A stretch of 63,436 bases of DNA, the filler included, from Thraustochytrium aureum (taxonomy: Eukaryota), in assembly GCA_012862495.1 (NCBI GenBank). It is 10 parts of 5 records of this genome, joined end to end, with 100 filler letters (N's around TTAATTAATTAA, not from the genome) between each part and the next. Parts side by side here need not be neighbours in the genome. Positions count along the whole stretch, not along the records: positions 31,397 to 42,208 come from BLSG01000005.1; positions 42,309 to 44,427 come from BLSG01000007.1; positions 44,528 to 52,890 come from BLSG01000008.1; 7 more parts are not named here. The stretch is one strand, 5' to 3'. Every line of letters begins with the position of its first letter. Positions within the stretch are counted from its first letter, which is position 1. Positions 34,574 through 46,355 of this stretch are shown here, piece by piece. The translations under genes and the position numbers were made by a program. The notes beneath the pieces were generated by a model. The model was not told the DNA's origin. It was given only the letters and a program-made list of their open reading frames with translations, and did no database searches.

Positions 34574-37500
34574 CTAGAACGACTCGATGAATTCCAGCGC
34601 GTAGTCAGTGATCGCCGTCCTGATGCTCTCGTCCCGGGCCGGCAGCTCGAGCATGGGCAGGTACTCCTCCTGCAACCCCTGCCCGCTCGCGAGTGCCCCG
34701 CCTTCGCTGCCTTCAAGAAAGGTGAGGTACTCCACGTTCCGAGCGCGAATCCACGTCCCGATTTCGGAGGCCACGTCCGCACTCAGCCGCGTTGATTCGC
34801 TCTGCTGCAGTGCGAGGAGCTCTCTGGCCAGCGCATTGGCCGCTCTGATGAGCTTCTGATAGTCGCCCCGTATATCCTCCTTCGCCTTGCCCCTGGAAAG
34901 AATCTCGTTCACCCGGGAGCCAAGTTGGGCGTAGTGCAGGTACACCAGGCTCTGCCGCGCCCAGGCTTCGTTGCGGGCGGCCTCGGTCGACAACCGGACC
35001 TCGTGATCGCCCAAAAGATCCAACAAGATGTCGAGTTCACCGGCAAGCACGCTCCTGGGCGCAAAGCGCTCGTTAAGCACGCGCATGTACTGGACAATGT
35101 CCTGAGCGAGGCCAAACTGCGCAATCTCTTCGTGAACGTTGAACGAGTACCTGGCGTGCATGGCCAGCGCGCTCGCCAGCCATTCGAGCGGCACGTTGAC
35201 CGTCTCGGTCAGAAACGCAATCAGCGCCTGTGCACGCTCGCTCCGCCCGCTCGACTCATACAGGGAGCTGTCTACATGCCGGCACAAAAGCTCCCTCGTG
35301 CACGACTCGCGCAGTGTAGGGTGCGGGAGGAACTGAGCGACATACACTGCGAGCGGCCACTGCCCGCTCGTCTGCAGCTCCAAGATGTAGTCCATGCACA
35401 GCCTGTGCTCATCCAGCTCATCGAGCGCCGCGCCAAACACGCTCAAGGAGCGCAAGACGCGGTTCAGCATCCACTGCATCCCCGCGTTCAAGACCAGTGG
35501 GGAGTGCCCGAGCGGGTCGAGCACAAACTTTACCGGCGCGCTTTTCGGCGCGCAAGCAAGCTCCAGCAGACGGTACAGCGTGTCGGCCACAGAGTACTCG
35601 CCTCGCTTGGCACCCGGCGTTTTGCGCCACCACGGCGTGCGCGGCGCGGGGGCCCTGTTTTCCTCGAAAGCACTCTTGTACATGCCAAGCCCTTTGCCAA
35701 GCGCGGCAAGCGGGTCCTGCGTAAACCACACGTTCAGCGCCAGAGCGCGAAGCCAGTGGCCCTCGCGCGCCTGCTCCTTGCCAATGTCACCGCTCAGCAT
35801 GCGGTAGACGTTGAGGAGCTCGTCGTCGATCAAGTTGACGCACCTGTCGTCCTCCCATCGCTTGACCTGCTCTGCGAGCAGTTCGCGCCCAGCCACATCT
35901 TGCGTTGCCTGCGCTACGAGCGTGGCCAGGCGGATGTCGCCGCGCTCAAGGGCCAAGTCGGTCGCGCGCTCGATGTTGCGGCAGCTCAGCGCTTTGGCGA
36001 TGTCGCTCTCCCAGCCCTTCACAAAGCCCGGCCGGCGGAGGGTTTCCTTCAGCCACGTGTCCACGCTGTCGAGCTTCTCCCTTTCGATCGTCGACTGGTT
36101 CGCGAGAGCCTCCTCCGAGCTCGTCGGAAACGCGCTCTCCCACGCGACCCACGGCAGCGCTGGTCCAGTCGGCGGGATGCACTCGGCGTCCGCGCGCCGC
36201 TTGCCAGCAAACCAGAGTGCATTTATCAGCGACCAGGTCAACGCCTCGCGCTCTGTGATGCCCTCAACATTGGCAAGCTTGAGCACAGTGTCGTGAAGCA
36301 CGGCGTCGAGATCGCCCGCGCAGTTCGCCGCCTTCAGGGCCGCACCTCTGTGGATGACCAGGCGCTGCTCCTCGAGCTGCGGTCTGGCGCCAACGCGGAG
36401 CTGCAAGACCTGAACCTGGCTCCCGACGGGAAAGGCAATCTCGCCATTCGGGCCCCAGCTGACGCCAAACCCGCGCCGGATGTGCCTGATGGTGCGGTTC
36501 GTCCCGTGGGCCGCCACGCCGAGCCCGCCGCCACCCATGCTCTCGGCCTTTGTGGCCTCGCTGAAAATGCGAAACGTCTGGCCCATCTCCAGCGGGCGCT
36601 CCAACTCCGGAAAGTGGACTTCCTCACCCGCCGTGGGCAGCACTTGGTTCAGCTCCTTGAAAAGGGCATCGCCTGGAGGCGTTTCCAAGTCGATCCAATC
36701 CGCGCGACCCGAGGCGCTCTCGCGCGGGGGCTCGCTGCGCGCGTCGCCGCGGTGTGCGCCTTGGCGCGGCGCAAGGAAGGAAGAGCCGCCTTCTGGGGAT
36801 GCGGGGTAGGCTGGTCACGCCAGCCTCGCTGTCCTCGCTGATGGTAAAGTCGTCGTAGTCGCTGTGAGTCCCATACCTGGCCCCAACGGCAAACAGAGTC
36901 GGCGCAGCAGGGGTGCGCGCTGTGAGGCGGTCAGCTGGCGCCTCTTCGGAGACCGGGAGGAGCTCTTCCTCGCTCTCTTGTTGCGGCGGCGCTGCGGCGC
37001 TGCGGCCGCGCTTCTTTGCGCTTGGGTAGGGCGTTGAGCCCTCTGCGAAGCCGTACTTTGTAAAGTGCTGGACCTTGAACGTCCAGGTGGCGTCCTCGGC
37101 CTCGTAGTCGATAAACATTGCGTCGAGCTGCGGCGTGTACTGGTCCCGCAGCCAGGCCACAAAATCTTCAGTTGAGCCCAGAAAGTCGACGGGCTTGTCC
37201 ATGTGCTCGATCGTGCAGATGGCCGGCCGGTTGAGCTTTGTGCCGCGCTTCGGCGTGCTCGCCTCAGTCTTGTAGACCTCGATAGACATGTGTGAGATTT
37301 CGATCACCTTGTCTATCTCGAGCCCCGTTACGTCAACCTTGCCGAGCCAGGCAACCTTCCCAAAGCCCTCGCGCGACACGGAGAAGTCGGTCACCGCCTC
37401 AAGCTCCTGGTCCGTCATGCGTTCAAGCTCGGCAAGGCGCGGCGAAGTTGTATACCCCATCGCCACGTACTCGGCGGACATGGTCGGGCACAGCGCAGAC

Positions 37501-40170
37501 GCCGGTTTCTTCTTGGCCGCCGACCCCGGCCCTGTGTCTGCGAGCCGCCGCGCCACGCTTCGCAACCCAGAGGTAGGCTCGCCGTCATCTGGCACGTGGA
37601 CAAAGTCGTCTTCGTCGACGTCATCGTCGTCGGAATCTTCGGCGTTTTGCTCTTTTGGGACTTGTCGGTTGATGGACTTGCCGCGCACTGCTTCGCCAGC
37701 CGCAGGGGAGCGAGCTCGATCGAGCTCCTCGCCCTGCCCCTGTGGGGACCGGACGCTGTGTGCCCGCACTTGGCCATCGAGGTCGTCGGCGGGTTGCTCG
37801 CCGGCCGAGTCTGCGCTGCTGCTCTTGCGGCGCGCGTCTGGGGTGGCACTGAGCGAGCTCTCGGTCGACCCTCGCTGCGGCGTTCCAAGGTTGCCGTGCT
37901 TGATGGCGGAAATCAGGCTGCTGGGCGTGGAAACGCGGTTCGATCGGTTGATCGTGAGACGCTTGTCAAATACACCAGGGCTCAGGCCGCTGACGCCGAC
38001 GGGCTTGTCCGCAATGGCCAATTCGCCCGCGCGCCCGACACTGGCGGTTCCACGGCCGCGCGAGTTCACCTCTGCGGTTCCAGGCGAGCCGTGACCCGCC
38101 GACGAAGCGGCGACAGCGCCATAAGTACGTCCGTACCCCCGCGAGCGCATCTGGATCTTGCCGATTGGCGTCAGGGACGCGCGCGGTCCAGCGGGGCGGC
38201 TGCCGTGGTTGCTTGAGGCGGCTTTGCTGGCTGCGCTGCTCTTGTCCGAGGCGCTCGCCTCGTCATTGGCCACTGCTTGCCACGCCTCTTTGGCAAGAGC
38301 AATGTGCCGCGCCATCTGGCTTGACGGGCCGTTTGCATAGGCGTCGCCCTTTGCCAGAATCAGCTGCTGCTGCTGCTGCTGAAAGAGGAGCTGCTGCTGC
38401 TGCTGGATCTGCTGGCCGGTAGCGCTCATTCCTCCGCCCATCATCGTCGAGCCGAATCCTGTCGTTTGGTTTGAGCCNNNNNNNNNNNNNNNNNNNNNNN
38501 NNNNNNNNNNNNNNNNNNNNNNNNNNNNNNNNNNNNNNNNNNNNNNNNNNNNNNNNNNNNNNNNNNNNNNNNNNNNNNNNNNNNNNNNNNNNNNNNNNNN
38601 NNNNNNNNNNNNNNNNNNNNNNNNNNNNNNNNNNNNNNNNNNNNNNNNNNNNNNNNNNNNNNNNNNNNNNNNNNNNNNNNNNNNNNNNNNNNNNNNNNNN
38701 NNNNNNNNNNNNNNNNNNNNNNNNNNNNNNNNNNNNNNNNNNNNNNNNNNNNNNNNNNNNNNNNNNNNNNNNNNNNNNNNNNNNNNNNNNNNNNNNNNNN
38801 NNNNNNNNNNNNNNNNNNNNNNNNNCCCGTGCTCGCGCCGAACAGCCCACACCTTGCTGCGATTGACTGGTCTGGCCAAAGCCGCCCGCGCTGGGTGTCG
38901 ACCCGAACAAGCGCCCCCTTGCTGTGGTTGCGTCTGGCCAAAGCCCAGTCCAGTGTTGGTCGTGCCCCCAAAGAGGCCACCGCTCTGTGGAGGCTGGCTC
39001 TGGCTGCCAAAGAGGCCACCGCTTTGCTGCTGGCCGGTCGTCGAGCCAAACAGGCCGCCCCCAGAGCTCGTCTGGCCAAAGCCGCCCCCAGAGCTAGTCG
39101 CCCCGCCAAAAAGCCCCCCGCTCGCTTGCTGATTGTTGGGCTGCCCGAAGCCCCCTGAGGTGGTCGAGTTGCCGAAGAGTCCGGTGGAGGCCGGCGTCGA
39201 GCCGAACCCGCCCGAGGTCGAGCTGCCGCCAAATCCAAAGCCCCCCGCTCTGCGTCGTCGAGTTGGTGGCCCCGAACCCGCCAGCTGCGGCCCCGCCAGC
39301 CCCGCCGCCCTTGTTGTTCTGCTTGTAGTCCTCGAAGCGCAGCTGCTCGAGGCTCTTGTTGGCGTACTGGTTCATGGCCGTGATGGCCACGAACGACTCG
39401 CCGTTCGAGTTGCTCTGGTCAAGCGTGGCCTGGTAAGGCACGCTGCTCGTCCCAACGCCAACGCTCGCCGCGCCAAACCCACCTCCTACTGGCGTCGAGG
39501 CGCCAAACCCAGTGCTGGTGGAGCCAAAACCGCCCGTGGAGGCCGACGTCATTCCGAAGCCACCGGCCGCGGGGGCCGCGGTCATTCCGAACCCGCCGCC
39601 TGAGGAGCCAAACCCGCCGCTCGGGGCTGCGGTCGAGCCGAACGCGCCCACAGAGGTCGACCCGAACCCGCCTGTCGTCGATCCAAAGCCCGTGTTTCCC
39701 GTTGGTTGCCCAAAGCCGGCAGTGGACGTTGAACCAAACCCGCTCGTGTTCGCGCTGGATGCGCCAAACCCGGTGTTGGTCGTCGACCCAAACCCGGTGG
39801 AGCTGCCAGCGGCCCCAAAACCGCCCGTGTTGCTGGGGGCTCCAAACCCGCCGGTCGAGCCGAACCCTCCAGAGTTGGTCGCTCCGAACCCGCCCGTCGG
39901 CGCGCCGAATCCGCCCGAATTGCTCGTCGCCCCAAACCCTCCGCCAGTGCTGCTAGCGCCACCAAAGGCGAACCCGCCCCCAGAGGCGCCAGTGCTGGGC
40001 GCAGCGCCGAACCCGCCACTCGTGCTGCTGCCAAACCCGCCCGAGGAGGAGCCAAACCCCCCGCCGCCGCCTCCAAACAGCCCGCCGGACTGCTGATTGT
40101 TGCTCGCGCCGAACCCGCCCGACGACCCAAACCCGCCGCCCCCAGTGCTGCCAAACCCGCCGAACGACAT
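34574..40170 (-). CDS. NUP98: Nucleoporin Nup98-Nup96 precursor (frameshifts near 39243 and 36805; N gap)
   Basis: GGFG/GLFG repeats; GLEBS motif ITAMNQYANKSLEQLRFEDY; autoprotease domain YTTSP..L, FSVSREGFGKVAW, GTKLNRPA, WTFKVQHFTKY; Nup96 domain FGVSWGPNG, GDIRLATLVAQ, LQTSGQWPLAVYV. Confidence 0.93.
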
Positions 40171-40747
40171 CCTGCTGCGCGATAGGCGAGTGCCGCTCGC
40201 TCCCTTGCCGCTCTATCTCCCTATCTACAGCAATAGACTGTAGATAGCGAGCGATAGATAGATTGGTCCGCGAACGCACCAACCGTCCGAGACCTCACCG
40301 TGACCTCACCGTGACCTCACCGACCACCGCGCTCCGTCCTCGTCCCGCGCCGACGCGCTCGCAACCCTCACCCACGCCCGCGCTCAGCCCCGCGCCTTGG
40401 CCAAGCCGTCGAAGGCAGGCCAGTCCTCGGCCGTCCCGCGCGGCCAACCACCACCGCCACGACGACCGCACGGACGGTCGGCACGCAGACGGCAGCAGCC
40501 AGCAACGAAGGCCTGGCAGCAACGCGCAACCGCAGCAGAAGCAGCGCAACCGCAGGCACGCAGGAACGCACGCAGGCACGCACGCAGGCACGCTCGCTCG
40601 CTCGCTCGCAGGCAGGCTCTCCTCCCTCCCTCCCTCTCTCCCTCCGCTGCCGCCCAGCGATAGGGCTCTGCCGCAGCCGCTGCTGCTGCTCGGATTCTCG
40701 TTTTTCTGTTCTCTCCTGCTCGTTCTGTTCGCTTTGTTCTCTTGTTC

Positions 40748-40828
40748 TTCTTCTGCTGGAGCCTGCTTCTGTTCGCTTTGTTCTTCTGCTGGAGCCTGCT
40801 TCTGTTCTCTTTGTTCTTCTGCTGGAGT
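40748..40828. repeat. 33-bp tandem repeat, ~2.5 copies
   Basis: ttcttctgctggagcctgcttctgttcKctttg units. Confidence 0.85.
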
Positions 40829-41033
40829 CTCGCTGTGGAGCTTGGATTGTGTGCTGGCACCACGCTTGCGCGGCTGGTGCTGCCGCTCGTACTGGCGACT
40901 CTGACGAAAGCGGTGCAAGGTGCTTGAGTCAGGCGTGTGCATTTGAATTGAATTGCATTCTGATCTGATGGGGCTACTATGGAGACGGGGTCGTGCCGCG
41001 CTGCAACACCTCGCGCGAGGATTTTTGCTTAAT

Positions 41034-41690
41034 CTACAGCTCGGGCATGGCGCTGGAGGACGGCGAAAGCTGCTTGACCTCGCTTGCTCTCTTGGCTTTT
41101 TGACGTTTGTAAAGGGCAAACACGCCAACACCAGCCAGCGCAGCGCTGGCTGCGACGCCTCCACCAACTGCAGCGCTACTCCCGCTGCCGGCATTCAAGG
41201 CGTCTGCGGAGTCAAGCCCAGCTGTCGCCGCAGTAGCATTGACGATCGAGTCGTCGTCGTCGTCGGTATCCACACCGTCCGTGTCTTCACCATCGGTATC
41301 CTCGCCGTCCGTGTCCTCGCCATCGGTGTCTTCCCCGTCGGTATCCTCGCCGTCGGTAGCCTCGCCGTCGGTAGCCTCTCCATCGGTCTCATCGCCGCTC
41401 GTGTCGGTACCGTTCTTCTTGTCGTCATCCACTTGTTCCGATTCGTCATCCGTGCCATCATCGTCCGTGTCGGTGCCAGTGCCAGTCGAGTTGCCTTTGG
41501 TTAGCGAACGCACTTGCTGCACTTTTTTCTGCTTGCGCAACACTAGCAGGTCGCGACGCAGCGCCGAGAGAAGCGCTTGGCGGGCCTGGTTTTCGCTGTT
41601 CGCGCCAGACCTCGCCGGCGCCTGCGCATCTGCTTGGGCGCTGAGCACGGCAATCACAGCTGCGAGCGCTGACACCGTGTAAACCTTCAT
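41034..41690 (-). CDS. Type I membrane protein with acidic TDGE(D/A) pentapeptide repeats
   Basis: Signal peptide MKVYTVSALAAVIAVLSAQA; about 8 TDGE(D/A)-type repeats; C-terminal TM AVGGGVAASAALAGVGVFALY followed by KRQK. Confidence 0.75.
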   Translation of the reverse strand: MKVYTVSALAAVIAVLSAQADAQAPARSGANSENQARQALLSALRRDLLVLRKQKKVQQVRSLTKGNSTGTGTDTDDDGTDDESEQVDDDKKNGTDTSGDETDGEATDGEATDGEDTDGEDTDGEDTDGEDTDGEDTDGVDTDDDDDSIVNATAATAGLDSADALNAGSGSSAAVGGGVAASAALAGVGVFALYKRQKAKRASEVKQLSPSSSAMPEL

Positions 41691-42689
41691 TTTCCGACCT
41701 GCGCGCCGCCTTGCCGGTTGGGCTGGTGTTTGATCTCCGAATACCGTCTTTGGTGACTGGCACGTCCGGCGGCAAGCAAAACTCGAGCTCAGTCGGGTGA
41801 CTGCTGGATCTTGCTGTTGCGATGAGGCTGGCAGGATCCACGCCAACTGAACGCCAATTCATCACCTGCCACGGCGCACGACAGAATTCCGGCACGACAG
41901 GTCCAAAACAAACAAAGACAGCCGACAGATTCAGCCCGACCCAGCAGCCAAGTTTTCTGGCTGCTTCTGCGCAGGTGCAGTTCTTGGGTTGTTGACGACC
42001 ACGCGGCTTCCAAAGCGCAGAGACGTCCCGTTGTCCCGGCACACGCTGCCTCGCTAGAGAGAGTCTCTCGTGTCTCCGTCTACCGCCAAAGTACGCAGTT
42101 TTTGGAGCTACCTACTCGCGCAGGTTTTGGAGAATGTACGCAGTTTTCGTTGGATTCGCGCATGTTTTGAGTCGACCACGCTGCACTGCCCAGCGACGAC
42201 CGTTTGGTNNNNNNNNNNNNNNNNNNNNNNNNNNNNNNNNNNNNNNNNNNNNTTAATTAATTAANNNNNNNNNNNNNNNNNNNNNNNNNNNNNNNNNNNN
42301 NNNNNNNNAAGAGCCTTTTGTTCTGCCCGCCGAGCCCTGCTATCCCCACGCACGGCTCGGCGCTACGTGGGGTTTCGTGGCCGCACTCTGGGTGGCCATT
42401 CTGCGCGTGCTGTCTGCTCAACGTTGAGCTGGTTCTTTTCTGCGCTTCGTCGCTGTCGTTTGTAGACTCGGGTGGACTTCGCAGGCCGTTCCGTGGACTT
42501 CGCAGGTTGTTCCGAGCTCGTTTCTGGCTGCTCTCGCTGAGGGCGGTCGTTTCTGCGCGCGTCGCAGTTGGGGCTGGTTGCCCTTCCGTTCTGGAGCAAG
42601 GTTGTTTCAGTTCTTTTGTTCGTTGTCGTGGTCGGTTCTTTTGTTCTTTCAAGGTACGAGTGCCTTGGTTCCTGATTGCGTTTCTTGAA

Positions 42690-44427
42690 ATGTCAGAGTC
42701 AGCGGTGGCCAAGCCGGGAGAGGCTCAGCGCGGGGTCCAGTCTCTCATACTTCCGCATTTGGAGCTTCCGCAGCTCGCTCAGATGTCACGCGAGGCTTTT
42801 GCGGCCTATCGGCAGAAGCTACAACCGTACATCTTCTGCTCAGCGCAGGTGGACATCGACGACACTGGCTCGCTCAAGCAGTGGTCCAATTCACTTACGG
42901 ATGATGAAGTGCGGCGAGCGCTTCCGCGGGCCTGGACCGAGTCGTTCGACAAAGCGTTTTACGCACTGCTCTGTCTCACGGCGAGTCCAGCCGGTAGCTT
43001 GCTCCATGCAGTCAAGCGGGAACGGTACTTCGGTGTGGCAACGTTGCTGACGCTCATTGATCATTTTGCGGAGAGCGTGCATGCTGCGACGATGCGGGCG
43101 ATCACAGAGTTTCAGGCGCTGTCCTACAACGTCGCTTCTGGTGCGCCTGGCTGGCATGCCGTGACCGAGAGAGCCAAGGCGATCATGGACAGTGTTGCGC
43201 ATGTCCCGTTCACGTTCCACGATACGCACCTTTTTACGATCCGTCGCTTGGCGCCAGTGTCGGTACCGAGCGTCGCAGCAATTCTTATGGCGGCGATGCA
43301 GGAAAAGCCCTTTGTGCCCGCTACAGTCCTTGCAGCTCGGATTGACGCGGCACTGCTGGATTTCGATGCGCTACACGCCTCCCCCTCGCCTTCGCCGCCG
43401 GGAGCTGCAATGGCCGCCACCCAGGTCCGTGACAAGCCCCGCAAGCACCGAACGCAGCGCTGCTTTCGGTGCGGTGAGGTAGGCCATGCGGTCTACTCGT
43501 GCCGTGCTCCGGCGGCACAGGTAGACAAGAAGTGGCAGGACTCGGTGCCTGCTACTCTCCGCGATCGTATTCCAGAGTGGATCAAGCACAACAAGCTTTG
43601 CACTGCGTACTCTGTTCCCTGGTCACTTTTCACTTGCTGCTCCACCTTCCGTGAGCGGGGCGCTTGCACTGTTCGACTCTGGGTCTTCATGTGTGCTGGT
43701 GCCGTCTCCCCGGGATCTTGGTCAAGCCACTCGGTTCGCGCGGGGTGCAGCGCCAACATTCGCCACGGCCGCAGGGATCAGGGCGGCTACACATCATGGT
43801 CAGTACGACTTGAACGTGGCAGACGTGGCAGGACGTCCAGTGAAGCTCCGTTTCTCTGCGCTGGTATTACCTGGCCTTTCTCGCGTTCTCGTGGGCCGGA
43901 AACCTCTTCAGGCGCTCGGGTTTCACTTGCAGGCAGCGCCAGGCGCGGCCTCAACGTTGGTTTCTCCGCAGCAAGGCACTACGATTGAGCTCGTCGAGGA
44001 CGAGCATGGCTTGCTCTCGTTTCCTCCGCCTCCACAGACACAACCCGCGGCCACGCGAGGGGCGTTGGTGGCTGAGGAGCGTCGAGCCCCGTCGGTCTCT
44101 GAGGAGCGTCGGGCCCTGTCGGTCTCTGAGGAGCGTCGGGCCCAGTCGGTCTCTGAGGAGCGTCGGGCCCCGTCGGTCTCTGAGGAGCGTCGGGCCCAGT
44201 CGGCCCTCGACGCTGCTGTGCCAGAGCCTGCGCTTTCTGGGCCTTCAGCACCACCTTCCAGCTCGACTGCGTGCAACGAGCATGCAGAACTCTCGTCTGC
44301 GGCGGGGCGCCTTTCTGAGGCTCCGCCATCTATTTTGGTTTCGCCGGGGCAATCTCGTTTCAGTTCGGAACAAGCTTCAAGAACTGCCGCGGACCGCTCC
44401 GTTTTTGCTGTTGTACCTTCAGGGCAT
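42690..44427 (+). CDS. gag: Gag-protease polyprotein; +1 frame change near 43628; 3' truncated
   Basis: ATG 42690 opens the Gag ORF; the protease lies in ORF 43651-44475. Confidence 0.75.
44073..44207 (+). repeat. 27-bp tandem repeat x5 encoding EERRAxSVS inside pol
   Basis: tgaggagcgtcgRgcccNgtcggtctc units. Confidence 0.92.
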
Positions 44428-44527
44428 NNNNNNNNNNNNNNNNNNNNNNNNNNNNNNNNNNNNNNNNNNNNTTAATTAATTAANNNNNNNNNNNNNNNNN
44501 NNNNNNNNNNNNNNNNNNNNNNNNNNN

Positions 44528-45167
44528 CCGGGGTGCCGACACCTCAAAGGGCGAAATGCAAAATGTCGTGGACGTGCTGAAACCAGCCGTGCTCGTGATC
44601 GACAATACTGTCCACCGGCCAAAGTTTTGCGCAAACGTGATGCGGAATAGTCACGTCGCGCAGCTGGTCGGGCTCGCGAGTTGCTACGCCCTGGTTGAGC
44701 GCTACGCCAACAAATACGACGTCGACTACGAGTGGTATATTCGCGTCCGCCCCGACATCGCGTACCTGGATCCGGTTCCAACTGTTGACCAAGTACCACA
44801 AGGCCAAGTATCAGTGCCAGCGGTGCACGGTTGGGAGCTGAACGACCATCTCATGTACATCCCGTGGCACCTGTCGAAGAAATACGCTTCGCTCGCTGAC
44901 CAGTTTCTCACCGACACAGGACATTGCAAAATTTCGAAGGGCCCAGAGAGTTGGATCATCGATCACTTTTTGACGAACAAGATCACATGGGGCAAGGTCG
45001 ACGTTTTCGAGATTGTCGTTCGCAAGTTCGAAGGTCCCGAATGTGGGCGCCGCCATGTGCCAGCTGAACGAGTGCGCTGCCGTTTGTTTGGTAAAGCCCT
45101 TAGCAGGTCGATCTCTGCCTCGCAGCGCGACACCTTGCTTCAACTGGCCTACACGCACTCCCCCTAG
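44528..45167 (+). CDS. Glycosyltransferase-like domain, copy 1 of the tandem array (5' truncated)
   Basis: CYALVERY..YEWYIRVRPDIAY, NDH, PE; nearly identical to 50971-51607. Confidence 0.75.
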
Positions 45168-46355
45168 TGCGTGGGATTTGTTGCGATGGGTCTGATGGAG
45201 TCTCGAGTCAAACTCTGTTCTAGCTCGGCAGTTTTCGTCAAAGATACTCTGGAGAGTTGCACCGCGTGCTTCAGCGCCAAGACGTCACGCATCGGCATCT
45301 CGTCGGGGCGTCCATCTGCCAAAAGCGACACCACCCGCAAGCAACCTTGCCCTGCTCGACATGGCCGCGCTCAGCTGTTCGATTCGAATGTTTTGTTTTC
45401 TACTCTACAAAGGTGGGTGAAGGACTTGCCATCTCTTGGAGAACCTCCTTTCTCTGCCTTTATGAACAAATTGAACATTCAACAATGGCGCACAGTTACG
45501 AAAAACTCTTGATTGAGTGAAAGATTGAAATTTATAAATGCACGTCCGCTTTCTGTGCGGGTACAGACGGGGGCAGGCAAGTGCCGCGGCGAGGGAGAAC
45601 ATCGCGTCATCGGCGCTGATCCCGGAGAGCCCGGCATCAAGCTAGAAGTCCAGCGCGTCCCTCCTGCACCGACCCCCCACGCGTGCGTCGGCTTGCGTGG
45701 CCCACACAACAGCCGACCCGGAGTCGCGACGGCGCGGCCCAATCGGTGAACAAGGAGGACCAGACACCCCTCGGGTCAACCCCGACTCATGACAAACAGC
45801 AACGCCGCAAGGACGTACTCTACTCTTACGCCCTCCGTACTCGCGAGCAGCTGGCCAGTCGGATTGATCGCCGCGTCCCACGTCGACTTGAGGTGACGTG
45901 CGTTCGACCTGCAGAGCCGTCGGATCTATCCTCGGCATTATCGCAGTGTCCCACGTCGTCTTGTGGTGCGTTTGTGGTGCGTTCGAGCTGCAGAGCCGCC
46001 AGATCCCGATCCTCGACAGCTGCCTTCCCCCACCGAATCGGCAAGCAGACCTGCACGACCGGCAACGGGCAAGGCAGTGCAGAGCGGCCGGGCGAGAAGG
46101 GGCGCCGTGCAGACGGCCGGACGGACAGGCTGACGTTTGGCAGCTGGGGGTACACCCGGACTCTCAAGGCGACTGGGACGAGCCAGGACGGTCGGCAGCA
46201 GCGCCAGCGCCAGCGCCAGCTCCAGCACCAGCTAGTGCTGCTGTAGCTGATACAAGCCAGTGCGCCCTGCCATCACCGCCCCTCGCGCCGCTGATTGCTA
46301 CGCACGCTCGCTTTGACGGGGCGAGCTGGGTCGGAGACTCGCCTCGACAAAAACG

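Larger units (their letters stand above)
42309..44427 (+). mobile_element. Ty1/Copia-like LTR retrotransposon fragment (leader, gag, protease)
   Basis: Gag knuckle CFRCGEVGHAVYSC; protease ALFDSGSSC, with FATAAG and ALVLPGLSRVLVG (Copia-like VLxVPxLxxNL region). Confidence 0.8.

Noticed and set aside
34925..36841. Long antisense or alternate-frame ORFs (e.g. 34925-36841, 17572-18561, 25885-26805, 23237-24475) and ORFs made mostly of X
   Set aside because: These are shadow ORFs of GC-rich coding DNA or artefacts of N gaps, with no recognisable domains.
40295..41194. ORF with EQKQAPAEEQ repeats on the minus strand
   Set aside because: It overlaps the TDGED gene and runs through microsatellites. 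More likely UTR or intergenic sequence containing a 33-bp minisatellite.
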